A stretch of DNA of 60,768 nt, counting the filler, from Sphacelaria rigidula (lineage: Eukaryota), in the NCBI GenBank assembly GCA_964200075.2. It is 6 parts of 6 records of this genome, joined end to end, with 100 filler letters (N's around TTAATTAATTAA, not from the genome) between each part and the next. Parts side by side here need not be neighbours in the genome. Positions count along the whole stretch, not along the records: positions 30,436 to 40,480 come from CAXNAA020007262.1; positions 40,581 to 50,624 come from CAXNAA020007263.1; 4 more parts are not named here. One strand, 5' to 3'. The notes beneath the pieces are model-generated. The model had not been told where the DNA came from, did not search any database, and was given only the letters and a program-made list of their open reading frames with translations. The translations under genes were made by a program, and so were the position numbers. Shown here in pieces: positions 37,850 through 50,724 of the stretch (position 1 is the first letter of the stretch; every line of letters begins with the position of its first letter).

Positions 37850-40480
37850 TCGCACGCCGGTATTTTACTGGCTTGCAGTGTGTTCCTCGTTGCTCGATCA
37901 GTTTTGGCGGGGTGATTGTTTTCGTGTACAGTTTTTTGTACAAAGACATCCTCTGTCGACTCTTGGTTTTATGGGCATCGGTGGTGAGTTCCTTGCACCC
38001 CGTGACCACGGGACGGAGATAAGAACTCATGTAGTGAAAGAATTGAACTACTGTGACGTGAGCTCTGAAAATCGAAGATAACAGTACTCCGCCGGTGGGA
38101 GTTGAATTGAAACGTGCCCGTGCCATGTTTTTTGCGCACGAATCAAACCCGTGTCGTGCCTTTCCCGACTCCCCTTGAAGAAAAAGGATCCTCAAAGGAC
38201 GAGCACCGCGCCTAAACTAGTCGCGGTGCTATCAACAATTCGAGACAACATATGCTGAAAACCAAAATCTGCGTCTACACGTTCGGTGCATAATTTATTC
38301 GGCTACAAGTCCCGTTTTCGCAAGCAATCAGGATCTCAGCTGTAATTTTCCGCCGAGGACGTGTCTTTCGCCGAAAAAGAAATGTAACATTTGCTCTCCG
38401 AAGCCTCTCTCCTCTGTAACAGCCGCAAAAGCCGTTCTGCCCTTTCTGTGTATACACTGCGATCAAGTTGAGGCTCTACGGATTGACCTCGGCGACCACC
38501 CTGTGGAAGAGACTACGCCCCCATGACCCGCGAATTACCCCCGCCACCACTGTCAAGAAATGATATATGTCCATTCATTTAGTAGTCAACGTTCAAGAGC
38601 ATTAAGGCGTTGTCACAGTTCCAGCCTGTCATGCGGACTGTTAGACACGGAATAGTCGGTGTGATTGGTTACGGTTCAACTTGTTGTAACCGTCAGAGTG
38701 ATGGTACTGTAGATCTGTAGATTGTCACCTCCTTGTTTACTCTTCTCTCCACGTTCCCGGGAACCATCAATACAAGCTCCGTACTTTGTGTTTACATCCT
38801 TCTCCCGATCAGCTTAGCAGCTGTAGCGCCTGCCCTTGCGTCACGTTCAGCGTTCTACACACAGTTTAATCCTAACAACCACCACATCGGCGTCACCGCG
38901 TGCTGGCGAGCCCCTTCTACGGCGTATCGCCTACACATTTTTTTCCTTCTCCCCCGGCAGCATGGTAGTCGGCATGCCCATCGACTCCGATGTATTTGTG
39001 ATTTTTCAGTGGGTTATTGGACTGCGGTATGTGAAATCGTGAAGCGAGTGTGGTCAGCTCTTGCACCCGATGTCACCACGACTCCAATAGCTCCATAAAA
39101 ATGAAACGTCGTACGCAAACTGTGTTTCATAACGTCGGCACAAGCGCTAAAGGCTGCGGGTACATACATGAGTATAACGTTCCAACTTCGAACTGTCGGA
39201 AGATTGGTACTGCAGGGATGTGAAGCGACCGGCCGCCCACGTGGGAAGCGTCGAGGGTATTGGGCGTAATTGACAACTCTCCCGCGCGTAACGAGTGCCA
39301 ACTGATGTGCACGCAGATGAGCGCGTAATACATGCGTCAACCGCGCGTTTGCCGTCGGCAACAAACAGTATGTGGCGCAAGCGGGAGTGAAATCCGCCTC
39401 CGGTGCTTTCCGCTCCTGTAGTTCATGCCCGTAGGTTGGGCGAAGGTCGCTGTGGACACAGGCGCTATGGCGCCAAAGCTTGCTGTTACCTTTGGCGGCG
39501 TGGAAAATCAGTATACTGCGCGCATTCTAGGTCATGCTGCCTCCGGTAGTCGACAACAGACTTCGGTACTGTGCGCAGTACACTTTTTTTCAAGCTGAAC
39601 AGAATTATCTTGTCTATCTTGGTATATTTTCACATATAAAGTTGGGCAGTGAGACCGTGGCGTTGTCATAAAAATATGGCCGAAGTGGATGTGAGGAAAT
39701 CACCGAAATATTCACGTGCAAAGCCACTATGGAGATAATTCAAGTTGATAAGGCTAGAATAATACAAGTACGATGCACACTCCGGCTGGCAGCCTGTCTG
39801 CACGGCCGTCCCGGTAGTGGTGGGACTGCCTGTACCGGGATGTCGCGTCCAGTACCAGTTCCGCCGCCAAGGGCCCGCCCCACTACCCAGTGGTTGCGCG
39901 ACCGGAGCTTAACCTTCGACTGTCGATCGTTTTGGAGCGGAAACGTTCACTTCCCAACCCTCATATTTATAGCGGACCATAAACGGTGCGTGTTTACTGG
40001 GTTCCTTCGAGCGTTCATCCCTAACTGGGCAAAGATTGATGCGAGGCCGGCGGGATCCATTGCACAGTCAGGGTGCTCAACTGTCACTGTACCCACTATA
40101 ATCATCATCAGACAGCAGGGTGTTGAAAACGTGACCATCCACATATTGATTATCCGCCGTATGAATGCAGACCGGGCCATCAGCGACTTCCCCTGCTGCA
40201 GCTGTGACAGTGACACCTGTCTCTAATACCAATCTACACATTCTCCAAGTTTCGGCGTCATCTGACGCGAGGTGCGGATGCTCTTCACGCCTAAGCTGCC
40301 AAAACACCGCCTCCATATTGTCGAAAAGGATCAACACTGGATCTGTCCTCGCCATCACCATCTGCAACAGACGAGGGTGCTTCAGTGTCTCACAAGCAAA
40401 GTTTGTACCTACGTTAGACGTGCAAGGTATTCTACCAGTCGGGAATACGTTCATACGTCGGACGAGCCATCACTCGTCGA
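37850..40480 (-). pseudogene. decayed coding-like region, possibly an Academ-type DNA transposase
   Basis: Overlapping frameshifted minus ORFs (PVLILFDNMEAVFWQLRREEHPH; LFVADGK; PTVRSWNVILMYV) loosely resemble a DDE transposase core; weak assignment. Confidence 0.3.
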
Positions 40481-40580
40481 NNNNNNNNNNNNNNNNNNNN
40501 NNNNNNNNNNNNNNNNNNNNNNNNTTAATTAATTAANNNNNNNNNNNNNNNNNNNNNNNNNNNNNNNNNNNNNNNNNNNN
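40481..40580. other. artificial contig spacer
   Basis: N44-TTAATTAATTAA-N44. Confidence 0.98.
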
Positions 40581-42163
40581 CCGTCAGTCTCATCAACAGG
40601 TGTCTCTGGTGCGGTGCTTGCTCGAGATGCCGCCCCCATTCCACGTGATGCAGTCGACCCGCCCCTTGCATGCTTCGATGTTGATCGGCTTCTCCCGTCT
40701 CGCGATCGGCCGCGTGCACCGCTGTGTCCGTCGCCGGTTTCCTCAGCGGGAATCGCGGCGGCCGCTCGCGAAGGGGGCGGGGGCAGGAAGCAGCGACCCT
40801 GGCAACCGCAGCTGAGAGTGCAGTTGCCCAAACACCTGCAACTCCGACATCTGTGTTTTGTCGCCGCCCTTTCCGGGTTGCATGCACATCTGAGTACTTG
40901 CACGTTTCCGAAAGTGTCGACGTATGTGTGACTCGACAAATACACCACAATGTTATCGCGTGATAGCTCCACCCCCGCTGGTATCGACGCTTTTACACCA
41001 CCCTTGTGGTGAGTCCTCCTCTCCGGCTCTATGCCCCACCCGCCTCCGTTGAAGTTCACGGGGGGCATGCTGCGGAGGAAGCTTCCCCCCCAGTATTCCG
41101 ACACTGCATCGGACTTACTGACGTGCTTCTCACAGGCGTCCAAGTCTGGGCAGCAGCGGGAAGGCTGATGCCCATGCGCTGTGATGATGCACAGGCGGAT
41201 CTTCTTCACGTACGACGCCAAGTCCTGTCCGCACGTGGTGAACAGAATTCCCGGATCCGTGGTAACTTGCGAGAAAGCGTTTTCGTGCCTGAAAAAGAAA
41301 ACGGTGGCCAGCACCTTCATGCCCTCGTCCATCTCCACCCTGAGCCTCCAATCTTTGTCCGCCAGTATCGCTTTCGTGAAGAGGTTCGGCGTGCGAATGG
41401 CCTTCAGAACGAAATCCCACATCTTCAGGAAAGGAATCCCGGATACATGTGGTAAAAAATCGCACCCGGCCAGCAGGTAAGTCAAAACGAACAGTGCAAC
41501 CTTGATTGATGGTGTCAGCCAACCGTATTGGCCGTCGGGCGGCCAAGCACTCTCGCTCCCGTCCCTCAGATTCTCGATCGCACTGTGCACCCGGTTCACC
41601 AGTATGTACTGAGGGCCACCAATCACGATGCGTTTGACAGTGACTGGCACGGCGCCTGAGCCATGCGGCTTGATACATCCGGAGGCCATCGCCAGAAGTA
41701 CAATGATCCACTGATCAGTGTCGATGGAAGTCACCAGCCACCTCTTCGGGGATTTCCCGAACAACCTTCCGGAGTGTATGATGAAATGGACTGTGGACAT
41801 CTCTCCCTCACCTACGCCGGGTCCAGGTACGCTGTGGATACTCCTATCAGGCGCACTGCCATCACGCCACCACAACAGGTGACCAAGAGAAGGGGCGGGA
41901 AGCACGTCACTTTGTGCGCACGATTCTCCTGCCGCCGCTTCCTCCACCCTCTCGCGGCCTGTCAACGCGGCAAGATACGACCGCGGAATCTCTGAAACCC
42001 CTGCGCGGGCGCGTAGACTAGTGCTCGGCGCCGTCGTCGGCGCCGACGCCGCCCCGCTTGATCGCTGGCCCGTCACCGCCGCAAGGTATGTCCGCGGGGC
42101 CGCCCCTGCCATGCCTCTGTCGTCGAAACGCCCACATGCCGCACTTGCTGCCGCCGGCGGCAT
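40581..42163 (-). CDS. XPG/FEN1-like PIN nuclease plus C-terminal Cys cluster; AcademX-like transposon protein, partial
   Basis: Open frame of more than 520 codons with GEGE, SIDTD, LAGCDFLPHVSGI (H3TH), CPDLDACEKH...EYW...GWG and CAC-x10-C-x2-CxC-x3-C-x3-CxC-x3-C; runs off the contig end. Confidence 0.7.
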
Positions 42164-44019
42164 CGCCGGTCCCCCCTCCCCCCGTCCGCTTGCCGCAGCT
42201 GATGTGCCGGGTGGGACGGCAGTCGGACATACGCGAGGGTTTCACCACCTGCTCGCATGACATGCAACAAGGCGTATGTGTGCAAAAGTTTAGTTTTGTG
42301 CTATATTCAACGTTTCGAGAGTCAGAGTCGGGGATGCTTGTGCACATACGAAGTATATATATATATTACCCACGCATGCTCACATCCTCTGTTTGGTTCG
42401 AAAGCCACAGTCATCACCTGAAAAAAAGCAGTGTGGAGCGTGCGATCCTAACCTCTGATAGCTCGCAGGGTTACCACAATATCGAATTGAAGATGCTCTC
42501 ACCTCGGGATCGGTTCTGGTGTCGTATATGACGCTCGGACTGCCCCAGGCGGAGTCTCAGCAGGCGCCCGGACGTTGCATCCCATGAGTTAGCCCTGGGG
42601 ATCCTCCACATCTGCCGCGAGGGTATGTGCAGGGGTGGTGGTCGGGTGGGGAGTTGAACACCAACACTTCTGATCGACCGTGTCATCTACCCTGCTGTTC
42701 TCATGTTCTCGTCTCCTATGGCGACGGAGGTACATGATTGCTGTCGTATGTAGCGGTCGCGGCGTCCTATTGTGATACTGAAGTACCATTTAAATTGAGA
42801 AGTCGAAATCCATGTCTACATGAACGCCGGAAATCTCGATCCACGCCAGACGGTATTTATTTGATTCCGGGTGTCAGATCATTAACTTGAACTCCTTCTC
42901 CTGCTCGGGACAGACACTAAGTGCGAGTTGTACATTCGCTTCTGTACAACGCGAGCCGTAGAATTATTACGACCCCGCTGTTTGCAGGAAGTGGTGTACA
43001 AGCGCCTCAATCACATTGCTACAATGCACACTTGTATTGTATATGTATAGCGTTTTCTTCGAAACAGGCAAATCCCCCTCATATCACCCCCCCCTGAAAA
43101 AATCAGGAAAAATGACGGTTGCGATCAGCGCCGTAAGTTCAGAGAGTCGGTCAAATGCGCTGGAGAAGTATCAACGCGATCAGTGGGCATTAGGCCGGCA
43201 AAAACGTCACGAGGCACCATCGCTGAAAGTGTGGGGAAAACATTGTTTTGGGCTTGAACCTCATTCCATCGTACAGCCTCATGTTTAGCATTGCATGTTA
43301 CAGCCTCATTTTATAGCATTGCCTGTTTCTTGCTGTGAACGCCGTCCAGGTCAAAGCTATTACTACAGTATACACTTCGCCGGCAGCACAATGCGCCTTA
43401 CTGCGCTTAACTTTGCTGTACTGTATTGTACTGTACCACACTATACTGTGCTGTGCTGTGCTGCACATTGTTGTACTGTGATTAACTGTACTGTGCTGCG
43501 CTGCGCTGTGGTGTGCTCTATCTTGCTGCTACGTGCTGTTGGTGCGGTACACGGCAGTTCAGATGGTCCATATACTGGTGCGGAAAAAGGTTTAATTTTT
43601 TTCAAACTTTAGTCACGTCGCTTCATTTGCGGCATCAATGGATTTCAACGCAACCTTTTGCTATGGAAAGATTGACCTCTCTACATGGTGAAACCACTCT
43701 TCTAGTCTCTACCTGTGGCGTCATGCGAGCGCCGTGCTCTACCATGACACCAGAGGTGAGGTTCGACGGGGGGGGGGGTGGTGTTCACCTCAGGTTGCAC
43801 GGATTCTGCAAATGCTCCAAGCAGACATCACCATTATCAGTGCAGCTTACGAGAGGACTTGCTTGTCAGTACTGTATATCAACACACCTCGACTGTCTTC
43901 GAGCCCACTCCTTCCACTTGGGCGATGCCTTTAGGTCCGCAGCTGCAGGCACTAGGTGTGCGGCAGCTCGGGGCGAAATTAGGACATTTGCCATCATCCA
44001 CCGTTTCTCGCGGAGGCGT

Positions 44020-44433
44020 CTATTTCGCTATAAAAAAAAGATTTTTTCCCCCGGCGAAACACTGATTTCCGTTCCCGATCTGTAGCGGTGGTTGCTGTGG
44101 GGGTGCCTGCGGCAGTTGTAGCTGCTGTGGCTGCTGGTTATTCTCGACCGTCTGCAGGTGATCGGTCAACTGGGCCAATGCAGCCAGCATGTGCTGCTGG
44201 AACACCTGCTGCGACATGACGGCTTGCGGTGCGCCCTGAGGTTGGTCGACTGCCGCTGCCGCTGCCGCGTGTGGGTTGTCATGCCCTGCCACCCCCTCGC
44301 CGCCTTGATGTGCTTGGCTCCCGCCGCCGGCTATGGGAGGTCCGCCGGCCCCTACCCCAGCCATGCCGTCTCCATGTGGTGCCCGATTTTTATCTCCGCC
44401 TGCTTGAGCCGCGCCCCCGCCAATGCCGGACAT
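44020..44433 (-). pseudogene. G/A/Q/P-rich ORF, possibly the N-terminus of a decayed retroelement ORF1/gag
   Basis: ATG-initiated, coding-like composition, coiled segment MLAALAQLTDHLQTVE; frame lost near 44030. Confidence 0.35.
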
Positions 44434-44579
44434 GATGTAAAAGTCGATCGATCCTCTTCGAAGCGCGCTAAGTCGTGCCTACTTCTCCCTACTTGTGCTG
44501 CTTATACCCGTCGGCCGCTGCTAGATGAATGCTACTTGTTGCTGGTGGTGGTATCTGTATTCGTGTGTGCGGCAACCTA

Positions 44580-45000
44580 GCTGCGATGGCCAACTTTCTA
44601 CTGGCAGCGGCACTGCAGCTGGGAAACAAGGACAGACAACGTACCGTTTTTCTGTACGTACGTCCCACATTGTCAGAACTCGTAAACGCCTCCGCAAACA
44701 CCGCTTTCATACTGAACGCTACATGTTTGTGTTGGTGGATGACGAATTGTAGGATCAGGTCACGGAGTGGCGGATGACGACACAGCAGGATGGTAGGGGT
44801 CACTGTGAGAGAACAAAATGCACATCCGACCACCCTCGCTAAGCCCAAAATGTACTCCGCGCTCGCCAATAGTGAGCAAGGCAACGAGCAGGCACAGTTG
44901 CAAGAGAGTCAAGTAAAGGGCAAGTGGTGGTTCTCGTACGTATTCGAATCAATTTGGGTACAACACAAGATGGCAGAAGCTGCGCGAAGACCCAGACAAG
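44580..45000 (+). pseudogene. decayed tyrosine-recombinase C-terminal remnant (DIRS/Ngaro-like)
   Basis: VKGKWWFSYVFESIWV resembles the GRWxSxxFxxY box II motif. Confidence 0.35.
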
Positions 45001-46616
45001 GACAGCACCTCCGATAGAGAGTCGGGATCGGTGTCTCAACAGCCACTTCCCTCAACAGCCTGAGCTGCGCTGCCCGCGGGAGACGAGATGTAGGTTTCCA
45101 TGACGTGATGTCACCCACCCCGGTGCAGCAGGGGCAGCAGCAACCACGAGGTGCGAGGGCAACGGGAGTTGAACCCGCCGACTATACCAAAGACCCAACA
45201 AACCCAATCTTGGAATTAAAAAAAAAAACAGCAACGGGGTTTGGTGAGGAATACAGTCATGGGGGTTGGTGAGGAATACAGTCAAGGACCAGTGAGGGTG
45301 GGAGCGAGGGGGGCGGGACGAGGAACATGCGATACCAGCGCCGAGGCTTGCCTGTAGGTGCGGGCCCTGCTGCTCAGCGAGGGGGCCGATCGAAAAGCTT
45401 TTTGTATCAAGCACGGCCGAAGAAGAGCTTGTGTCGCATCTTCGTTCACTGACCCGCGCAACAGATCGGTGGGCATGACTGGAACAACTCGACTGGACCC
45501 GGGCACCCTACACTACTTGGTGAGGATAGAAGTACCAACGCAGCACGCCTGAATACACGGAGTAGAAGTACACCCGATCGATAGCACATTACCCCAACTC
45601 CTCAGTACTATTTGCATGAGTAGTTGACTCAGCTGGGCATATCAACCCGTTGTACCCACGTCGTGGTCGCAAGTTAATCGCTCCAAAGAGGGGTGCACAT
45701 CTGGAATTCAGAAAGATCGGTACGAAGCACCCGCGGTCTAACCATTGACAGTGCACACAATACTCAGCGCCCCAAAATTGACACCCACACAGCAATGCCC
45801 ACCACTATCGACAGCCCCGAGGAGCTCTACGCAACACGGAAGTGATGCCCCCCCCTCCCCCGCCCAAATATGACCTCAGTTTTGGCCGGCCGTTGCCAAA
45901 TATTGGGCAACGATTGGAACGCCTGGGGACCTAAATATGTTTTGAAGGAACATTAACAGGAGGATAAAGGCTGCTGCTCGTGTTGTTGTGCCCGTCTCGT
46001 TGCAGTATGGTGTGCTTATCTTTCAACTCTATTTTTCCCGGCAACGAAGCAGAGGATTGGGCTGCGGTTTGATGCATGCGCTTCCCACACGCCAAAACTA
46101 TAAAAATAAATAAAAATAAAGCAGGTTTCCGTGACGCGTGCCGCGGAAACCGCAGCATATTGCATACCGCTGCACCAAACACAAGAGCAAACACGAGATG
46201 TACTGAAAACGCGTTACCTGCAACGTTTTGGGGCTTTTCGGATCCGCCGTGGCGAATCGAGCAACTCCGCCGCCACACTGAATAGATCTAGGGTGTGTAC
46301 GGGGGTCTGTTTAGTGCCACAGGCCGGTTTGCTTCCTGTTTCGTGGACTGCACGGGAGAAAAAAAACAGCTGTCGCATACTAAACCCAGAAAACTTGGGA
46401 TGGAGCACGTGTTATGCTCGGCAGAGGTTCGGCAGAGGTCCGAACAGTCCATGCTGTCTTCAATACGTACTCAGTATCCCTCCGCATCCATTCAATATTT
46501 TGTGGTGACCGGATTTTTGGTTGGCGAGGCCTTCATCAACCCCAAAAACTATGGTGTGTCCAGACCATGCCAAAAAAAAAAAGTATCTCCGACAGAGTTG
46601 TCTGAGCTGCTGTTCT

Positions 46617-46835
46617 GATATTGTTTTCCGAAAAACAGTAGTCGGCACGCAGTGCCGTCCTGTCGAAGTTGAAAAAATGTCATGTGGGGGATGTTTTGAA
46701 TTTTCACAAGGAAAAAGACGCCTCGATATTGTGTTCCCAAAAAGAGTAGTCGGCACGCCGTGCAGTCCTGTCGAAGTTGAAAAAATGTCATGATGTGGGG
46801 GATGTTTTGAATTTTCGCAACGAAAGAGACGCCTC
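46617..46835. repeat. tandem duplication of ~109 bp (2 copies)
   Basis: gatattgt...gtagtcggcacg...cctgtcgaagttgaaaaaatgtcatg...agacgcctcg occurs twice. Confidence 0.9.
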
Positions 46836-47618
46836 GTTCCCAGGCTCATCATCCCTGTTCTGTAGCTGATACGACAAGGTGGTGCGTTAAAACCCTGCGA
46901 AGACGACTTGATCTGTGCCGGGGATAGTGTGAACTACTGTACTGTTGTAGGGTCACGGTCGATACACAAGTCTCGCGACACTGTCAAAATCGTCACCATC
47001 AGGTATATTGAACGGATGGGTCATCTCTGAAACCAGCTATGTGATTCGTGCCCACAGTTCTATCCTGTATGTAGTATCGTGGTATTAACTATAGGACGGG
47101 GATAGAAGTACATTGCTGGAGCACCTCTACCTGGGTCGGTGACTCCTCATTTCTTTCACGGTGAGGCTAGAAGTACTGACGCAGCAAGTTTAAAAGAGAT
47201 GGTCGTACATAGTAAGGATAGCAGGCTTCGTGAATCATTCAGGATAGGCTGGCATGAGTACCATAGCAATGTAAGGACGCATAGCGGTACAATTACAGGT
47301 CGATACAACCCGTCCCTCATCACATTGTGCCCGCAGGTTCACCGCCCCAAAACATGGATCCGACCTGGAAGGCAGATAGGCCAGTAGGTAGGACACATTG
47401 CTTGCAACATTGACGAAAAACACCGCGTCGAGCCTCTAAAATCGGCAGCAACACATCAACTGGTAGGATCCAATCAACTGCCCCGTACGACCCTGCCCAA
47501 CTCCGACATCATAGTGATAACCTAACCCCAACCGACGTAAGAAACAGGAGGATAGCCTAAAAGCGGGTAGGAAAATCAACAACACTTTTTCACCATCTCC
47601 CGATAAGCGTACTTGTTA

Positions 47619-48225
47619 GGACAAACCCGAGTGTTGGTACAAGCCGAGTGCAGACCCAGAATGGGTCAGTTGAAGCGCGTACCACTACCCGGAGAGAAAG
47701 AGAAACGAGGACAATCCCTTGTTACCTCCCGTCTGAAGTCGGGACAGATTCCGAGTATTAGTACAAGCCGAGTGCAGACCCAGAAAGGGTCAATCGAAGC
47801 TCGTACCACTACCCGGAGATAAGAAGAAACGAGGACAATTCCTTGTTACCTCCCGTCTATAGTCGGGACAGATTCCGAGTATTAGTACAAGCCGAGTGCT
47901 GACCCAGAATGGGTCAATCGAAGCGCGTACTAGTACCTGGAGAGAAAGAGAAACGAGGACAATTCCTTGTCGCTCTCCGTCCATAGTCGGGACAGATTTG
48001 AGTGTTAGTACAAGCCAAGTGCAGACCCAGAAAGGGTCAATCGAAGCGCGTACTAGCAACCGGAGATAAGAAGAAACGAGATCATTTCCTTGTCGCCCTC
48101 CGTCTATAGTCGGGACAAATTTGAGTATTAGTACAAGCCGAGTGCAGATGCACAATAGGTCAATCGAAGCGCGTACTAGTACCCGGAGAGAAGAAGAAAC
48201 GAGGACAATTCCTTGTCAACCCCCG
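47619..48225 (+). repeat. tandem array of five ~123-bp units inside the DIRS-like element
   Basis: Units start at about 47619, 47741, 47865, 47989, 48112 (gggacagattccgagtattagtacaagccgagtgcagacccagaa...). Confidence 0.92.
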
Positions 48226-48351
48226 CCAAAAGTGCTGGACGGAACAAACCTGAGTAGGATAGAAATAAACGACGGGTCGACGTCTTCAACGTCTCGCGCA
48301 GGGTCACAATACATACGCGAAAACATTTTTGAAACCAGATTGCGAACACAT

Positions 48352-48698
48352 GAAGAAATGGCAACGACATACACATGATTATTGAGACTGTACAACAGAA
48401 ACCTTGGAGACGTAGCGCGAAGGCTCGGCGGCACTCTGGTGTCACCACCGATGAACCTCCGTGAAGTCCAACACCATTTTGGAGAAGTAGAACGTTTCCC
48501 GGAAACAGACGAACTTACGAACATTGAAGAAATGGCAACAACATGCACAGAATTAATGAGACTGTACAACAAAAACCTTGGAGACGTAGCGCGAAGGCTC
48601 GGCGGCACTCTGGTGTCACCGCCGATGAACCTCCGTGAAGTCCAACACCATTTGGGAGAAGTAGAACGTTTCCCGAAAATAGACAAACTTACGAACAT
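48352..48698 (+). repeat. in-frame 174-bp tandem duplication in the DIRS-like pol
   Basis: EEMATT...LGDVARRLGGTLVSPPMNLREVQHH...LTNI occurs twice (48352, 48526). Confidence 0.92.
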
Positions 48699-50624
48699 AC
48701 TCGAACACGGTGTACCGATAGACACGACAGATACTGCACCGGACTTGAGACGAGCACTTGAATATGGTAACCACAGTAGTATCGACGGTCACACCCCATA
48801 TGTCTAAAAACAACGGAAGACGCGAGGGGGAACTGATGTTTGGGTGTTGACCGATCAATGGCCCCAGAAAAAAAGCACTTACGAGTAGGTCCACTAGGAG
48901 CAGTTGTCACCAACAAGGTCCGCATCATCATGAATTTCGTTGGACATCGCACCCAGTAAAAGTACCGATTGGGATACCACTGCAAAGGGTTTGGGGCACA
49001 CGATCAACACTCACAGCATGCGTATTTCTGTACCCAACCAAACGATCAAAAATAAAAACGCGAGGTGTTGAAACGCGAATGGCCCCAGGACAGGTCGCAT
49101 GCTTCCGTCGCTGACATACTGAGTGTGGCCAAAAACAAACTATGGAACCTCACCTAGGTTGTCCGAGCCGGTGAATTATTTTGTTTGGCAGCTGTTACGA
49201 GTATCCGCTCTACATCGAGCCAGTTGTGGAAAACAGGACAAAAAGAAAACAACTGAAGCTTGGGTGGAAATTTCATGGGGATATCTCTTTGTGGAAATGA
49301 GCAATCGATCATCAATTACTTGACCGAGGAGAAGCTCTGAGCGCCTCCCTGATTTCTCAGGTAGATAGGCCGGCCTCACGACGCTATTTTACGGACGCCA
49401 GCTTCAGTGCTGTTGGACGATTCTGCCCAGAGTTGAAGATATTCTGGGGATACCGTTTCCCCCGCCTTTACGTCGGAACTAGTCCGAAAAGCAAAACGTC
49501 GTAGAAAACTGTTTCATCACCATCAATCTCGTAGAATCGTGCGGCATGATGATGACGGCGTGCGCTAACCAGATGTTTCTTGGGGGGAAACCCACAGAAC
49601 CACCAGGAGAACCAGCATTGATGCGGGGCGACAACGCCTCAGCAATATCGTGGGTGGACCAATGTGGGGTTCGAGACAGACGTGTCGCTTCCCTCAATAG
49701 AATCATGGGTCGCATGGAAACTACATCTGGATGATGTCCAATACCAGAACACACTCGAGGTAATAACAATTGTCTTGGCCTACAGAATTCCGAGATGGCC
49801 TGCGGAACAAGTTCAACTGACAGGAGAACAGGGCTTGAAATATTACGACATCGGTCCCCGGGGAAAACTATATTCGACGTGGACCTCTAAAATAAACCGC
49901 TGCCGAAAAGACGACTGGACGATGAGTTGTGGTCAGTCATCAATGAAGATATGAATTAACAAAGGATACAATCGCCACTTGCGCCGCCCCGTTTTGCACC
50001 ATACCTCCCTTCCCCCCATCTTCTGTCCCCTTCAATTCTCACCAGGAGAACAACACGGTCATTGACATGATGGCAAGAGCTAGTACGAACGTTAGCTCTC
50101 GCGTCCGTAGGTGGTAGTACCAAGAAGGGTTACACGGGGCAAGTCGAGACATGGGCAAAATGGAGAGAAGCTCGGGGGGAGCAGGCGTTCTTACGAGGAG
50201 AAGATGGAGGGCTATATGCAGTGACCTACCCCCCTCACTACGGTCATGGCGAGTAGGGTTTTCTGCCACGGGAACCGGAGCTGGACAGTACGATCATACT
50301 TGTCTGCTATTCAAGATTTTCATAAGATGTTGACAAGGTGGGAGGTACCCACTCGTCACTGTATGTTAACCGCGATATCCTCGGGCATTGACAGTTCGTT
50401 TCGGAAGCACGAACACGTACCTAACGAAAACGGTCTGAGAAAAGGTTCGAAGGAGCGCAGCTTATTGGGCCGCCTAACGGGGGAAGTGTTGACCAGCCCG
50501 GAGAAAAGGGGACGAGTCTGCTAATCGTGTGATTTCACTCATGGTAAATGTAAGATCCAGGATACTATCACGAGACTGTCGGAGGAAAATGTGGTGGATT
50601 AACCGATGGGAAACGGTACTGGTG

Positions 50625-50724
50625 NNNNNNNNNNNNNNNNNNNNNNNNNNNNNNNNNNNNNNNNNNNNTTAATTAATTAANNNNNNNNNNNNNNNNNNNN
50701 NNNNNNNNNNNNNNNNNNNNNNNN
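50625..50724. other. artificial contig spacer
   Basis: N44-TTAATTAATTAA-N44. Confidence 0.98.

Larger units (their letters stand above)
47090..50624 (+). mobile_element. decayed DIRS/Ngaro-type tyrosine-recombinase retrotransposon (RT, RNase H, YR N-terminus), truncated by contig end
   Basis: ALEYGNHSS (pre-RT), VGPLGAVVTNKVRII (RT start), MRGDNASAISWVDQCG and VLAYRIPRW (RNase H), TVRSYLSAIQDFH (YR N-terminal domain), in DIRS order. Confidence 0.75.

Noticed and set aside
37850-42163. Single Academ element spanning the two minus-strand regions on either side of 40481-40580
   Set aside because: The regions are separated by an artificial spacer and the adjacency comes from size sorting; the domain order would also be reversed.
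47619-48225. CRISPR-like array
   Set aside because: Whole units are repeated with no unique spacers; eukaryotic context and no cas genes.
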